Below are positions 1 to 8,504 of a DNA stretch of 33,610 nucleotides, piece after piece (position 1 is the first letter of the stretch; each line of letters opens with the position of its first letter). This DNA is from a virus (Duplodnaviria > Caudoviricetes), in IMG/VR virus record IMGVR_UViG_3300020045_003930, positions 1 to 33,610 of that record, one strand, 5' to 3'. Both the position numbers and the translations under genes were made by a program. The notes beneath the pieces were generated by a model that ran no database searches, was not told the origin of the DNA, and saw nothing but the letters and a program-made list of their open reading frames with translations.

Positions 1-1
1 G

Positions 2-88
2 TTTGATTTCAACCGCTCTGCTAGGTCTTTGGATGTTGATTTTGATGTGCTTACACCTTACGGATTGATTACATACAATGCCACTTAA
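2..88 (+). CDS. 3' end of upstream baseplate gene (gp25/gp46-like wedge protein), partial
   Basis: Open frame from the window edge: FDFNRSARSLDVDFDVLTPYGLITYNAT*. The stop overlaps the start of baseplate J, and the C-terminus is typical of the small gene preceding J. Confidence 0.55.
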   Translation, partial: FDFNRSARSLDVDFDVLTPYGLITYNAT

Positions 89-1499
89 TACAACAGGCTT
101 TGAGCGTGAGCGCCTAGCCGATATAAAGACTGATTACGATCAGCGTTTTACTGACGCGCTAGGTCCGGTTAATACTTCGCCTGATGCTGTAGTGGGTCAA
201 ATGATTGGCATCTTTGCGGCGGCTTTAGATGAGATTCAAGAGACATTGCAAGACACTTATGACGCCATGTATCCGTACAGCGCAGAGGGCACCAGTCTAG
301 ATGGTGCCGTGGCATTTGTAGGACTTACCAGGCTTGGTTCTACGCCTACTACTGTGATGGCTTGCGTGTACGGTGCAGAATCTACTTTGTTGCCTTCTGG
401 AGTGCTTACGCGCTCTGGCACCAAGCAATACGCGACTACCTCGGATGTAGTTATTAGCCGAGCCAATGCTTTAGACGTTGAAATTGAAGTTACTACAGTT
501 ATCAATGCTACGTCTTACCAGATCATTGCTGGTGGAGTGCTAGCAGCTTACACCAGTGATGCCAGTGCCACGGCCAATGAAATTGCGGCAGGGCTTGCAG
601 CGGCGTTTGATGCTGATAACTTTACATCGGTTGCGACGGGTTCAAAGCTGCGCGTTTATAGTGCGGATCAAGTGTCTGATTTTCCTCTGACATTGGATGC
701 GAATCTGACAATCACTAAGCTAGGTTCACCGGCTGTTTTTACGTCTATTGAGTTGGGCGCTAACGTCTTACCGGCTGGAGCTTTGACCATCATTGATAGT
801 CCCATTCTTGGATGGGATTCAGTGTCTAACTTGGTGGCGGGTGCGACTGGTCGCAATGTTGAGACTGATGAGGCTTTGCGGGATCGTCATTCAACCAGTG
901 TGCGAGCTACGGGTAGCGCCACAGTGAAGGCTATCCGGGCGCGTCTATTGGCTGAAGTGCCTGAGATTAGTTCGGCGTTTATCTACGAAAATCGCACGAC
1001 TGAAATTGTGGATTCAATTCCGCCTCATAGCCTTGAAGCTGTCATTGTTGGCGGTTCTACTCAGGATATTCTCGATAAGCTGTGGGAAGTGAAACCGGCT
1101 GGAATCGAGACTTACGGCGACACGGTAGGCCAAGTGATTGATGACAATGGCGACGGTCAGACAATCAAGTTTTCACGTCCTGTTACTCAGTTCGCATGGG
1201 TTCGCGTCTCTGTTGATGCTTTGTACGCCGAAGAGACTTTGACAAGTACCATTGAGGCCGCTATCGCTGACGCTGTGCTGTCGTATGGGTCTACCTTGAA
1301 TGTTGGTGATGACATCATCACTCAGCGGTTCTATGGGCCTATTTATGGCGCTACGACTGGCCTTGGTCAGATCACTGTCGAGGCTGCTATCACTGCAACC
1401 GAAGGCGGTACGCCTAGCTACTCGACAAACAATATCGCCATTGGCAGAGCGGGCATCGCAGCGTTTGATGTGGCGCGTATCTCGGTGGTAGGCGTATGA
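78..1499 (+). CDS. Baseplate J/gp47 family protein
   Basis: 473 aa. Contains GRNVETDEALRDR, ENRT..DSIPPHSLEAVIVGG and KPAGIETYG motifs typical of baseplate J. Confidence 0.9.
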   Translation: MPLNTTGFERERLADIKTDYDQRFTDALGPVNTSPDAVVGQMIGIFAAALDEIQETLQDTYDAMYPYSAEGTSLDGAVAFVGLTRLGSTPTTVMACVYGAESTLLPSGVLTRSGTKQYATTSDVVISRANALDVEIEVTTVINATSYQIIAGGVLAAYTSDASATANEIAAGLAAAFDADNFTSVATGSKLRVYSADQVSDFPLTLDANLTITKLGSPAVFTSIELGANVLPAGALTIIDSPILGWDSVSNLVAGATGRNVETDEALRDRHSTSVRATGSATVKAIRARLLAEVPEISSAFIYENRTTEIVDSIPPHSLEAVIVGGSTQDILDKLWEVKPAGIETYGDTVGQVIDDNGDGQTIKFSRPVTQFAWVRVSVDALYAEETLTSTIEAAIADAVLSYGSTLNVGDDIITQRFYGPIYGATTGLGQITVEAAITATEGGTPSYSTNNIAIGRAGIAAFDVARISVVGV

Positions 1500-2224
1500 G
1501 CCTAGTCAGCGAAGCCTTAGAACGGGCTACTAGCCAATTTCAGGCATCGCCTAAGGTTCTAGCATTGCTTGAGGCGATTGTCGGGCCTTTAGATGTTGTC
1601 AAGGCTACGACTGACGAATTCAAAACTGAGCGCTGGATTGATACGGCCATTGGTAAGCAGTTGGACGGATGCGGTTATATCGTCGGTGAGTTACGCGCTG
1701 GCCGTGATGATGCTGAATACCGCAAAGCCATTCGGTTTCGTGTATTCGTCAATATCTCAGAGGGTACGCCTAACGCATTAATTTATGGATTGCGTTACTT
1801 GATTGATTCTGATGATTATCAGTATCTTGAAATGTACCCAGCGACGGCTATTTTGTTTTCCAATGGGTCTGATGTTCCTATTGATATTCACCATCAAATG
1901 CAGGACTTGGCACCGGCTGGCATATCTGATGTGCCAGTTTTGGTTTCATATTCTGAATTGCCATTTAGATTTTCCAAGGCTTCTAGCAATGGCGAGTTGT
2001 TTGTCAATGGTAAAAATGATTATTTGACAGCAAACGGATCAGACATTCAAGTCACTGCACAATCAATCGGTGATTCTGGTCCTACTTTCGGTGGTATTGC
2101 ACCTGCTGAATTGACGGCTGGTGAGCAGTTGATTGATGTTAATGGTCATATCCTTGTGATTCATGCTCAAAATTATCAGACTAAAATAGAATCAGGCTAC
2201 CATTTAACGGGTGTTTTTCAATGA
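1496..2224 (+). CDS. Baseplate wedge protein (DUF2612-like)
   Basis: IDTAIGKQLDGCGYIVGELR..DDAEYRKAI motif. ATGA-coupled to J. Confidence 0.75.
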   Translation: MSLVSEALERATSQFQASPKVLALLEAIVGPLDVVKATTDEFKTERWIDTAIGKQLDGCGYIVGELRAGRDDAEYRKAIRFRVFVNISEGTPNALIYGLRYLIDSDDYQYLEMYPATAILFSNGSDVPIDIHHQMQDLAPAGISDVPVLVSYSELPFRFSKASSNGELFVNGKNDYLTANGSDIQVTAQSIGDSGPTFGGIAPAELTAGEQLIDVNGHILVIHAQNYQTKIESGYHLTGVFQ

Positions 2225-2661
2225 CTACTTTTGCTAATACTTTCACCACTTATTCAGACGGTCAGCAGAACCTAAATCAGCCACCTGATGCTGTGATGGA
2301 TACTGGTTTTGTACCTGCTACAGCTACAAGTCGTGGTCAGCCATTGCCTGCTCAGTGGTTGAATTGGATTATTAACCGTCTGTTTAAGCATATTAATCGT
2401 GACGTTGTTACTGACAATCTTGGCGTTAATTTGTTTACTACTGAAAATGCAATGATTCGATTGGAAGCGTTTGACATTGCAGACCAAAATAAATACTTGG
2501 TAGCCATTGGTTATAAGGCTTCCGGCGTGGCACCAAGTTTGAAAGTTATTTCAAGCGCGACATTAACGCTGGGAACCGGTACAATCAATGGGAATCAGCC
2601 TATTATCGGCGGTAGTAATGTGAAAATCGTCGGGTATTCCCGACAAGTTGGAGAATTGTAA
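2221..2661 (+). CDS. Tail fibre-proximal/baseplate-associated structural protein
   Basis: GF.P..RGQPLPAQWLNWI resembles tail-fibre attachment N-termini. ATGA-coupled. Confidence 0.5.
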   Translation: MTTFANTFTTYSDGQQNLNQPPDAVMDTGFVPATATSRGQPLPAQWLNWIINRLFKHINRDVVTDNLGVNLFTTENAMIRLEAFDIADQNKYLVAIGYKASGVAPSLKVISSATLTLGTGTINGNQPIIGGSNVKIVGYSRQVGEL

Positions 2662-3290
2662 TGGCCCTAAGTAGTACCGAGGAAGCCCAAACACGGGCAC
2701 TAATAGCACAGCAAGCGGCTATTTTGTCACTGGCTTCCAGTGAGCCAACTATTATTAGTAAGCTAGCAGCAACAAAGGTTTCTTTGGCTGATTTAACGGC
2801 TGCTACTTCGCTTGGTGCAAGTGATTTGTTTTTAGTTCGTCAGGGCACCACTGAAAAAAGCACAGCGCTTTCAGTATTGACTCCTGATGCAAGCGAAAAT
2901 GTAAAAGGTATTGTTGAGCTTGCAACATCTGAAGAGACTTTAACAGGCACTGATAATACTCGTGCTGTTCATCCTTCTGGTTTAATGAGTGGTTTTGTTA
3001 AGTCGCTTGCAGCTAATGGGTATCAGAAATTGCCTAGTGGGTTGATTATTCAATGGGGAAATGTGAGCACAAATTCCAGTGGATTCGCATCAGTTACATT
3101 TCCTATTGCATTCACGTCTAATGTTTTTTCGGCATTTGCAACCGCTACAAACTCTGTTGCAGGTAATGCACTAGCTAATATCGGTGCATTTACAAATACT
3201 ACACTTTCAATATATGGAACAAATGGAGCCTCTGGTTCGCCAGGTATAGCGGGTATTTTGAATTTAAATTGGCTTGCAATTGGTCGTTAA
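2661..3290 (+). CDS. Short tail fibre protein (gp53-like C-terminal domain)
   Basis: ASENVKGIVELATSEETLTG repeat plus NGYQKLPSGLIIQWG..VTFPIAF..WLAIG. Confidence 0.8.
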   Translation: MALSSTEEAQTRALIAQQAAILSLASSEPTIISKLAATKVSLADLTAATSLGASDLFLVRQGTTEKSTALSVLTPDASENVKGIVELATSEETLTGTDNTRAVHPSGLMSGFVKSLAANGYQKLPSGLIIQWGNVSTNSSGFASVTFPIAFTSNVFSAFATATNSVAGNALANIGAFTNTTLSIYGTNGASGSPGIAGILNLNWLAIGR

Positions 3291-3298
3291 GGAAAAAA

Positions 3299-3718
3299 AT
3301 GTTCTATTCAAAATCTACTGGCGGTTTTTATTCTTCTGAAATTCATGGCTCAAACATTCCATCTGATGCAGTTGAAATTACGATTGAGCAACATTTTGAA
3401 TTGTTGCAAGGTCAATCAAACGGAAAAGTAATTTCTTCGGATGTTAATGGTAATCCAATTCTTACGGATGCACCTGTTTTGCCATTGGTAGTCCCTACCA
3501 TAGTCACTATGGTTCAAGCGCGTTTAGCATTGAATCAGCTTAACTTGTTGGAGCCTGTTGAGATCAGCATTTCAAGCCTAGACCGTGCCGCTCAGATTGA
3601 ATGGGAATTCCGCGCAAACGTTCAGCGAGATTCCGCACTTGTTCAAGCGTTGGCATCAGGTTTGCAGATTGATGAAAATAAGTTGGATGAGTTGTTTACT
3701 TTGGCTGCATCACTGTGA
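3299..3718 (+). CDS. Tail fibre assembly/chaperone protein
   Basis: Start moved to ATG 3299 after AAGGAAAA. MFYSKSTGGFY..IPSDAVEI..LLQGQSNGKVI is the typical Tfa N-terminus. Confidence 0.75.
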   Translation: MFYSKSTGGFYSSEIHGSNIPSDAVEITIEQHFELLQGQSNGKVISSDVNGNPILTDAPVLPLVVPTIVTMVQARLALNQLNLLEPVEISISSLDRAAQIEWEFRANVQRDSALVQALASGLQIDENKLDELFTLAASL

Positions 3719-4068
3719 ATGCGTGGCACTTAGTCGGTGGCTCTGCGCTTGCGCTGTGGGCGCTGTGGTATCTCTACCTGATCGTCATGGGTCTTTACCG
3801 GGCTCACTTGCTCGGGCGTCTTAGTACACAGGCTAAAGTGCTTGGAGCACCTGCGCTTCTGGTTGGTTACTTGCTTGACTGGTTAATTAACTTCACCATC
3901 GCGGCGTTGTGGTTCGGTGAGTGGCCTAGGTCATTTGGTGAGTTAGTTACTGACCGTTTGCAGCGTTACATGGCTGGACCGCCTGGGCGTAGACAAAAAC
4001 ATGCGCGTAGCATTTGTTCTCACTTACTTGACCCTTTTGACCCTAATCCAGGTGGACACTGCGCATGA
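3715..4068 (+). CDS. Phage membrane protein
   Basis: GTG start overlapping the upstream TGA. Two hydrophobic segments and a C-terminal LLDPFDP..GHC. Confidence 0.6.
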   Translation: MNAWHLVGGSALALWALWYLYLIVMGLYRAHLLGRLSTQAKVLGAPALLVGYLLDWLINFTIAALWFGEWPRSFGELVTDRLQRYMAGPPGRRQKHARSICSHLLDPFDPNPGGHCA

Positions 4069-4280
4069 ATTTTGAAGACTCACAACCACATATGCCAAAA
4101 GATGGACGCCGGGAGCAGGATCACGCGATTCGTATTGCTTTGTTGGAGCAGTCTATGAGTGGCATCAAAGCGGAGTTACACCAGATCAACGGCAATATAT
4201 CTCGTTTGGTGTGGGCGGTGATTGCTGCGATTGTTATGGCTGGGATGCAGTTCATCCTTCGCGGCGGGCTGAGTGCTTAA
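4065..4280 (+). CDS. Holin-like protein (coiled coil + C-terminal TM, XhlA-like)
   Basis: RIALLEQ..IKAEL coiled coil followed by a LVWAVIAAIVMAGMQFIL TM segment. Lies in the lysis cassette. Confidence 0.55.
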   Translation: MNFEDSQPHMPKDGRREQDHAIRIALLEQSMSGIKAELHQINGNISRLVWAVIAAIVMAGMQFILRGGLSA

Positions 4281-4680
4281 GCACGCTAAATGGGTGGCAC
4301 TTTTCGGGCTTGTATTTATGTCCGTTGTGGTGTCATCCATCATTGTTTTTCAATGGATTGAGCATCGTTATATGCCGGTTGTCACTGGCTTTACAGTGAC
4401 TTATTCAGACCGTGACCACGGTTCGCTAGTCATTGCTGGGAATATGCAAAAGGTGCGTGACTGCCGATTTATTGAGGTGGCTGCTTATTCTGGTGAGTCT
4501 TATCTAAGCCTTGAATTCTCAGATCGTCATTTACATGACCACGGGAAAAGCCGTGCAGAAGGTTTGCAAACTTGGGGGCCGTGGGCTATTACACCAGACG
4601 CTACACCATTGCGATTGGTGGCCCGTCACCAGTGTCATATTTTATGGGATAGCACTACTGTGCTTTTGGATCAGAAATGA
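4273..4680 (+). CDS. Membrane-anchored hypothetical protein
   Basis: N-terminal TM helix, then a soluble domain with two Cys. No lipobox. Confidence 0.6.
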   Translation: MLKHAKWVALFGLVFMSVVVSSIIVFQWIEHRYMPVVTGFTVTYSDRDHGSLVIAGNMQKVRDCRFIEVAAYSGESYLSLEFSDRHLHDHGKSRAEGLQTWGPWAITPDATPLRLVARHQCHILWDSTTVLLDQK

Positions 4681-4835
4681 ACCAAGATAACGTCGAGAAA
4701 CTCGCGCTTATAGTCGCTGAATTAATGCAAGAGTTGAGACATCACAAAGATGAAATGGCAATGCTTCGCAAAGAGGTTTTGAATATAAAAGACATTTGCC
4801 GTAGCTGCGCTGGTTATCAAGATGATTTCAAGTAA
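4677..4835 (+). CDS. Small coiled-coil protein, 52 aa (absent from ORF track)
   Basis: ATGA overlap with the upstream stop. MNQDNVEKLALIVAELMQELRHHKDEMAMLRKEVLNIKDICRSCAGYQDDFK*. Confidence 0.65.
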   Translation: MNQDNVEKLALIVAELMQELRHHKDEMAMLRKEVLNIKDICRSCAGYQDDFK

Positions 4836-4974
4836 TGAATGTTTGTGGTGTAGCTTAATTGTTGCGCTGTTGTTCATCGTAACTTACGCCGTGTCTTTTA
4901 CTTGGTTATTTTGGGCCATGACGCCTTGGATTTTTTGGCAATTTGTTTTTTGGCTAACTGGGTACAAACCATGA
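4822..4974 (+). CDS. Small Trp-rich hydrophobic protein, 50 aa (absent from ORF track)
   Basis: MISSNECLWCSLIVALLFIVTYAVSFTWLFWAMTPWIFWQFVFWLTGYKP*. Fills the gap before the endolysin. Confidence 0.55.
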   Translation: MISSNECLWCSLIVALLFIVTYAVSFTWLFWAMTPWIFWQFVFWLTGYKP

Positions 4975-5027
4975 TGGCTTATGTAGTAATGTGGTATTGG
5001 TTGCAAAACTGGAGTAAACGTCCATGA
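4971..5027 (+). CDS. Possible 18-aa peptide MMAYVVMWYWLQNWSKRP
   Basis: ATGA overlaps at both ends, with the 4822 ORF stop and with the endolysin start. Confidence 0.45.
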   Translation: MMAYVVMWYWLQNWSKRP

Positions 5028-5503
5028 TATTTGATGAAGCATTCACCAAGTTACTCGGGCATGAAGGCGGGTACGTCAATCATAAAGAAGACAAAGGCGG
5101 CGCTACTAATTGGGGCGTAACTGAAGCCGTGGCGCGTGAGGCTGGTTATATTGGCGATATGCGTGACTTGCCAGTTGATAAGGCAAAAGCCATTTACAGA
5201 TCGGCATACTGGACACCAGTTCGCGCGGATCAACTGCCAGAATCACTGCGTTACAGCGTTTTTGACGCTGCGGTGAACTCTGGGACTGGTCAGGCTATTA
5301 AATGGCTCCAACGCGCGTTAGGCGTGGTTGATGACGGCAATATTGGGCCTGTCACATTGGGTACGGCTAATTTCAATGATCCGCAAAAAACGCTGGCACG
5401 TATGAACGGTCAACGGCTTGAATTCATGGCCGGACTAAGCAACTGGCCTGCGTTCGGGCGTGGCTGGGCGCGGCGCATTGCTTCATTACTTAAAGAGGCT
5501 TGA
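5024..5503 (+). CDS. Endolysin, glycoside hydrolase family 108 with C-terminal PG-binding domain
   Basis: HEGGYVNH.EDKGGATNWGVT, FDAAVNSG and FGRGWARRI motifs. Confidence 0.93.
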   Translation: MIFDEAFTKLLGHEGGYVNHKEDKGGATNWGVTEAVAREAGYIGDMRDLPVDKAKAIYRSAYWTPVRADQLPESLRYSVFDAAVNSGTGQAIKWLQRALGVVDDGNIGPVTLGTANFNDPQKTLARMNGQRLEFMAGLSNWPAFGRGWARRIASLLKEA

Positions 5504-5504
5504 T

Positions 5505-6002
5505 ATGGATATGACTTGGCTAAAATCCTTGGCACCATTGTTAGGAACGGCACTTGCTGGGCCTTTGGGTGGTGCTGCTGCGTCTTTTGTGGCTGACAGA
5601 CTCGGCATTGAGTCAAAAACAATCGAGGCCGTTACAGAGGTTTTAAACAGTGGCAAGCTGTCTCCTGAGCAGATCACAAGCATAAAAACTGCAGAGATTG
5701 ATTTTCAAAAGTTCTTAGAACAAAACAAAATTAATTTGGCTAAGATCAATCTTGACAATACCAAAGACGCCAGGGACATGCAGCGCGTGACTCGCAGCCC
5801 GTACCCAGCGATTCTGTCTACATTCGTCACCATTGGATTCTTTGGCATCCTGGCATCTATGTTGGTGATGGAATACCGTCCTACAGACTCACTCCTAATT
5901 ATGCTTGGTGCGCTTGGTGCTGCATTTGGGGCCGTCGTTAATTTCTGGTTGGGTAGCTCAAACGGTAGCGCCATGAAGTCAGATTTACTAGCAGCTAAAT
6001 AA
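5505..6002 (+). CDS. Holin (3TM / gene-transfer-release holin-like)
   Basis: Start moved to ATG 5505 (or 5511) after AAGAGG. APLLGTALAGPLGG, DARDMQ, two C-terminal TMs and VNFWLGSS.GS. Confidence 0.7.
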   Translation: MDMTWLKSLAPLLGTALAGPLGGAAASFVADRLGIESKTIEAVTEVLNSGKLSPEQITSIKTAEIDFQKFLEQNKINLAKINLDNTKDARDMQRVTRSPYPAILSTFVTIGFFGILASMLVMEYRPTDSLLIMLGALGAAFGAVVNFWLGSSNGSAMKSDLLAAK

Positions 6003-6030
6003 AAATGCCCGCATTACGCGGGCTTTTCTT
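6001..6030. terminator. Bidirectional intrinsic terminator between convergent arms
   Basis: AAAAAT-GCCCGC-ATTAC-GCGGGC-TTTTCTT. Confidence 0.85.
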
Positions 6031-6332
6031 TAGTCTTTCACAAATACGCCATTCGGCATCATTGTCCCCGTGCGGTCTTTGATCTCGTTATAAGCCGATT
6101 TAAGGCACGTAGTAAGGTCTAGATTCTCCTTAGCTGCCACGATAATCAGCGTCACCAGTACATCGCCTAGGCCGTCAACAATACCGGCCTTATCGCCTTT
6201 GATAAGCGCGTCAGCTAGCTCACCAAGCTCTGAAACTGTTTTCAGTAACTGGGTTTGACTGGTTGAATTTGGCAGAATCTTACGGGCTTCAGCCCATTGA
6301 ATAACCTTCATTTCTACTTGTGCGTAGCTCAT
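6030..6332 (-). CDS. MazG-like nucleotide pyrophosphohydrolase
   Basis: WAEAR..QLLKTVSELGELA..IVDGLGDVLVTL..AYNEIKDRTG. Confidence 0.88.
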   Translation of the reverse strand: MSYAQVEMKVIQWAEARKILPNSTSQTQLLKTVSELGELADALIKGDKAGIVDGLGDVLVTLIIVAAKENLDLTTCLKSAYNEIKDRTGTMMPNGVFVKD

Positions 6333-6535
6333 TTGTTTTCCTTTTTGAAAGTTGGGTTTGGTGCCCAGTGTGTAAAAAATGTATCGTCTGCGGTGTACTG
6401 GCCTTTTTGCAATACGCCTGAATCACGGTTAATCAATAGCATTGATACCCCGCGTGGCGTGTTGTTATCAATTGGTAACCAATGAAACTCAGGCGCAACT
6501 ACAGCCGCACCATCACTGCTTAGCTTGTGCGTCAT
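6329..6535 (-). CDS. Small phage protein (DUF551-like)
   Basis: Likely ATG 6535 in an ATGA overlap. W.PI..TP.G..FTHWAP.P pattern. Confidence 0.55.
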   Translation of the reverse strand: MTHKLSSDGAAVVAPEFHWLPIDNNTPRGVSMLLINRDSGVLQKGQYTADDTFFTHWAPNPTFKKENK

Positions 6536-6720
6536 CGTAACCATCCATCAAGCGCAAACTTTGTTTTTGCAATGATTGAAACTGGTTTGCGACTTTCAAC
6601 AATAGTTTCTAACGTTGTAAATCGCTTACCACAATCAATGCAAACCTTACGGCGGCGCGTTCCTTCTTTTGTTTTTCTGACTTCAATCACTTCAGATTTT
6701 CCGCTATGGTCGCATATCAT
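6532..6720 (-). CDS. NrdR-like N-terminal zinc-ribbon protein (no ATP cone)
   Basis: SEVIEVR....TRRRKVCIDCGKRFTTLE matches the NrdR pattern VIDSR..RRRR.C..C..RFTT.E. Only 62 aa. Confidence 0.75.
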   Translation of the reverse strand: MICDHSGKSEVIEVRKTKEGTRRRKVCIDCGKRFTTLETIVESRKPVSIIAKTKFALDGWLR

Positions 6721-7355
6721 GGTGACTCCGGGAAAAACGCCGACATGGTGACTGGTGCCACGGTTCGCAAAATGGCTAATACTTCTTGAGCGATTAGGCG
6801 GTGTTCTTTTTGGGTTGATTCGTGCAAACGCTGCTTAAGGTAGTGAATCCAAGACCGCATGGTGCCGTTCATGTAGAGTCGGCTGCTGGTCAAGCCTTCA
6901 GGGAGAAGGGCGCGGGCTTGCTCTTTTGAAACACCCATAAATATCATTTGTTTGTATTGCTTAGTCGCCATTGCAATGACTTCTTGTTGAGCATATTCAA
7001 ACGCTTCAATTAAATGAGCATCATCAGTTTCTACGCTTTTCTGCCTGTTCTTTGTGTGCTGCAAACGGCACTCTCGCAACTCGGAATCTGGCAGTGATCC
7101 AACGTCAGCATAACGCTGGCTGAACTCTTGAAAGCTGAAACTGCGGTGGCGTAGAATCTGCCGACCAATGTCTCGCGTGGTGTTGATCTCAAAGCACGCC
7201 GAAGCCATCTCGAATGGGCTTACATGGCCCTCTTCCATGCAGTAATGCAGTAGTCTGGTTTTGTCGCTGCGCTGGTTGTCTGGGTTGCTTACCCGCGCCA
7301 TGAACATGATATGTTTGTCAGCGTCGGGCGTTGCCCACTGTAATGTGACGTTCAT
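6717..7355 (-). CDS. thyX: FAD-dependent thymidylate synthase
   Basis: ARVS, GHVSPFE, RHRSFSFQEFSQRY signature, KEQARALLP and TQKEHR. Confidence 0.95.
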   Translation of the reverse strand: MNVTLQWATPDADKHIMFMARVSNPDNQRSDKTRLLHYCMEEGHVSPFEMASACFEINTTRDIGRQILRHRSFSFQEFSQRYADVGSLPDSELRECRLQHTKNRQKSVETDDAHLIEAFEYAQQEVIAMATKQYKQMIFMGVSKEQARALLPEGLTSSRLYMNGTMRSWIHYLKQRLHESTQKEHRLIAQEVLAILRTVAPVTMSAFFPESP

Positions 7356-7525
7356 TTTGTATTTCCAAATAAATCCGGTTGATCGTTAATAACCACTTTG
7401 TTAGTGATTTTGCTTTGTGGCTTTTGTCCCAGTGATTCGTAGCATGTCGGGCCGATAGGCTTGCCATTCAAATAATGGTGTTTTGCGCCAGACTGTAGTG
7501 ATCTGCCACATTTAAAGCATTTCAT
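7352..7525 (-). CDS. Small Zn-binding protein, 57 aa (absent from ORF track)
   Basis: ATGA overlaps at both ends. MKCFKCGRSL..GKPIGPTCY. Confidence 0.7.
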   Translation of the reverse strand: MKCFKCGRSLQSGAKHHYLNGKPIGPTCYESLGQKPQSKITNKVVINDQPDLFGNTK

Positions 7526-7983
7526 ATTTCCACAACTTCAGGCGCACGGCTTCGCATCCTATTGGTGGCATTCTTCAAAAATTTCTCATACTCACCGCGT
7601 GAGATGCTTGACCGTTGCAAGTCATGCCATTCATAAAGCTCATTCAATGCGTGCAATTCAGCCGGCAAAATGTCCCACTTGTTCCATTTATCAAACCTAT
7701 TTTTCAGGCTGATAAGCGCATTCTGAGCAGCTTCGCAAGCTGGCAATACTTCATGGCCTATGCCATTGCGTCCCATTGTCTCAGCCACTCCAAGCATTTC
7801 ACACAATCCACGATACCCACTGAGTCCTTCGCTTGTGCAATTGACGATTGATTGAATCATGCTTTTTTCACGTTGGCGAAGCAGATTTAGCAGTTCATCA
7901 CTAGCAATACAAGCGCCTTCAATGGCGTGCTGGATTGGATTAACGTAGTCGTAATGCTTACGTTTACACTTCTTTCGGCTCAT
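7522..7983 (-). CDS. Hypothetical phage protein
   Basis: 153-aa ORF in a tightly packed operon. Confidence 0.7.
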   Translation of the reverse strand: MSRKKCKRKHYDYVNPIQHAIEGACIASDELLNLLRQREKSMIQSIVNCTSEGLSGYRGLCEMLGVAETMGRNGIGHEVLPACEAAQNALISLKNRFDKWNKWDILPAELHALNELYEWHDLQRSSISRGEYEKFLKNATNRMRSRAPEVVEI

Positions 7984-7984
7984 G

Positions 7985-8191
7985 TCAGTTGGTGTAAAAA
8001 GGCGTTTTTGCTTGGCTTGTCATGCCGATCATTGGTTTGTGTTTCATTCGCGTATTACCAACTAAGCTAGGTTTATCAAATGCATCCATCGCGCCAGGGC
8101 GTCCATCGTAAGGTCGCAACTCTGCGCCGTCGTAGCTACCGGCCATCTTGTTAATTTGTGGCGCTGTCGCTTTTTGTGGTTTCTTGCTCAT
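7985..8191 (-). CDS. Hypothetical phage protein
   Basis: Likely start ATG 8191 after AAGGAAAAAAC. Y.G.ELR...RPGAMDAF..PS motif. Confidence 0.65.
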   Translation of the reverse strand: MSKKPQKATAPQINKMAGSYDGAELRPYDGRPGAMDAFDKPSLVGNTRMKHKPMIGMTSQAKTPFYTN

Positions 8192-8324
8192 TTGTTTTTT
8201 CCTTGGTGTTGTTGATAAATTCTTTGACTGACTCAGGCCAGCCGGTTCGGTAGGCCTTGTCATACATTTCCTGACTAACACGAACCCGAAGCGTCGGGTA
8301 TTTTGTAGTGGCTTTTTTGGTCAT
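8151..8324 (-). CDS. Small ribbon-helix-helix-like protein, 57 aa (absent from ORF track)
   Basis: ATGA overlap with the upstream stop. YPTLRVRVSQEMYDKAYRTGWPESVKEFIN fits a beta-alpha-alpha pattern. Confidence 0.5.
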   Translation of the reverse strand: MTKKATTKYPTLRVRVSQEMYDKAYRTGWPESVKEFINNTKEKTNEQETTKSDSATN

Positions 8325-8488
8325 ACAAGATACGCCATCAGGCCATAGGCCAGCAATACACCGATGACAAGTACAGCGGCATAGTCAAGCCATTGCTCAG
8401 TTTTACGTGGCTTTTCAATGGCGCTACCGTAGGATGGGCCAAATGGGAAAGCCTCGTCCATTGTGCGTGAGTATTTACGTGTTTGCAT
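8321..8488 (-). CDS. Small protein with C-terminal TM
   Basis: Likely start ATG 8488 after AAAGGAAC. TRKYSRTMDEAFP motif and a hydrophobic C-terminus. Confidence 0.65.
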   Translation of the reverse strand: MQTRKYSRTMDEAFPFGPSYGSAIEKPRKTEQWLDYAAVLVIGVLLAYGLMAYLV

Positions 8489-8504
8489 TTTGTTCCTTTG
8501 TTTA

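Noticed and set aside
5505-5513. Lambda S-type dual-start holin (Met-Asp-Met)
   Set aside because: The intervening residue is acidic rather than Lys/Arg and no start-selecting hairpin is evident.
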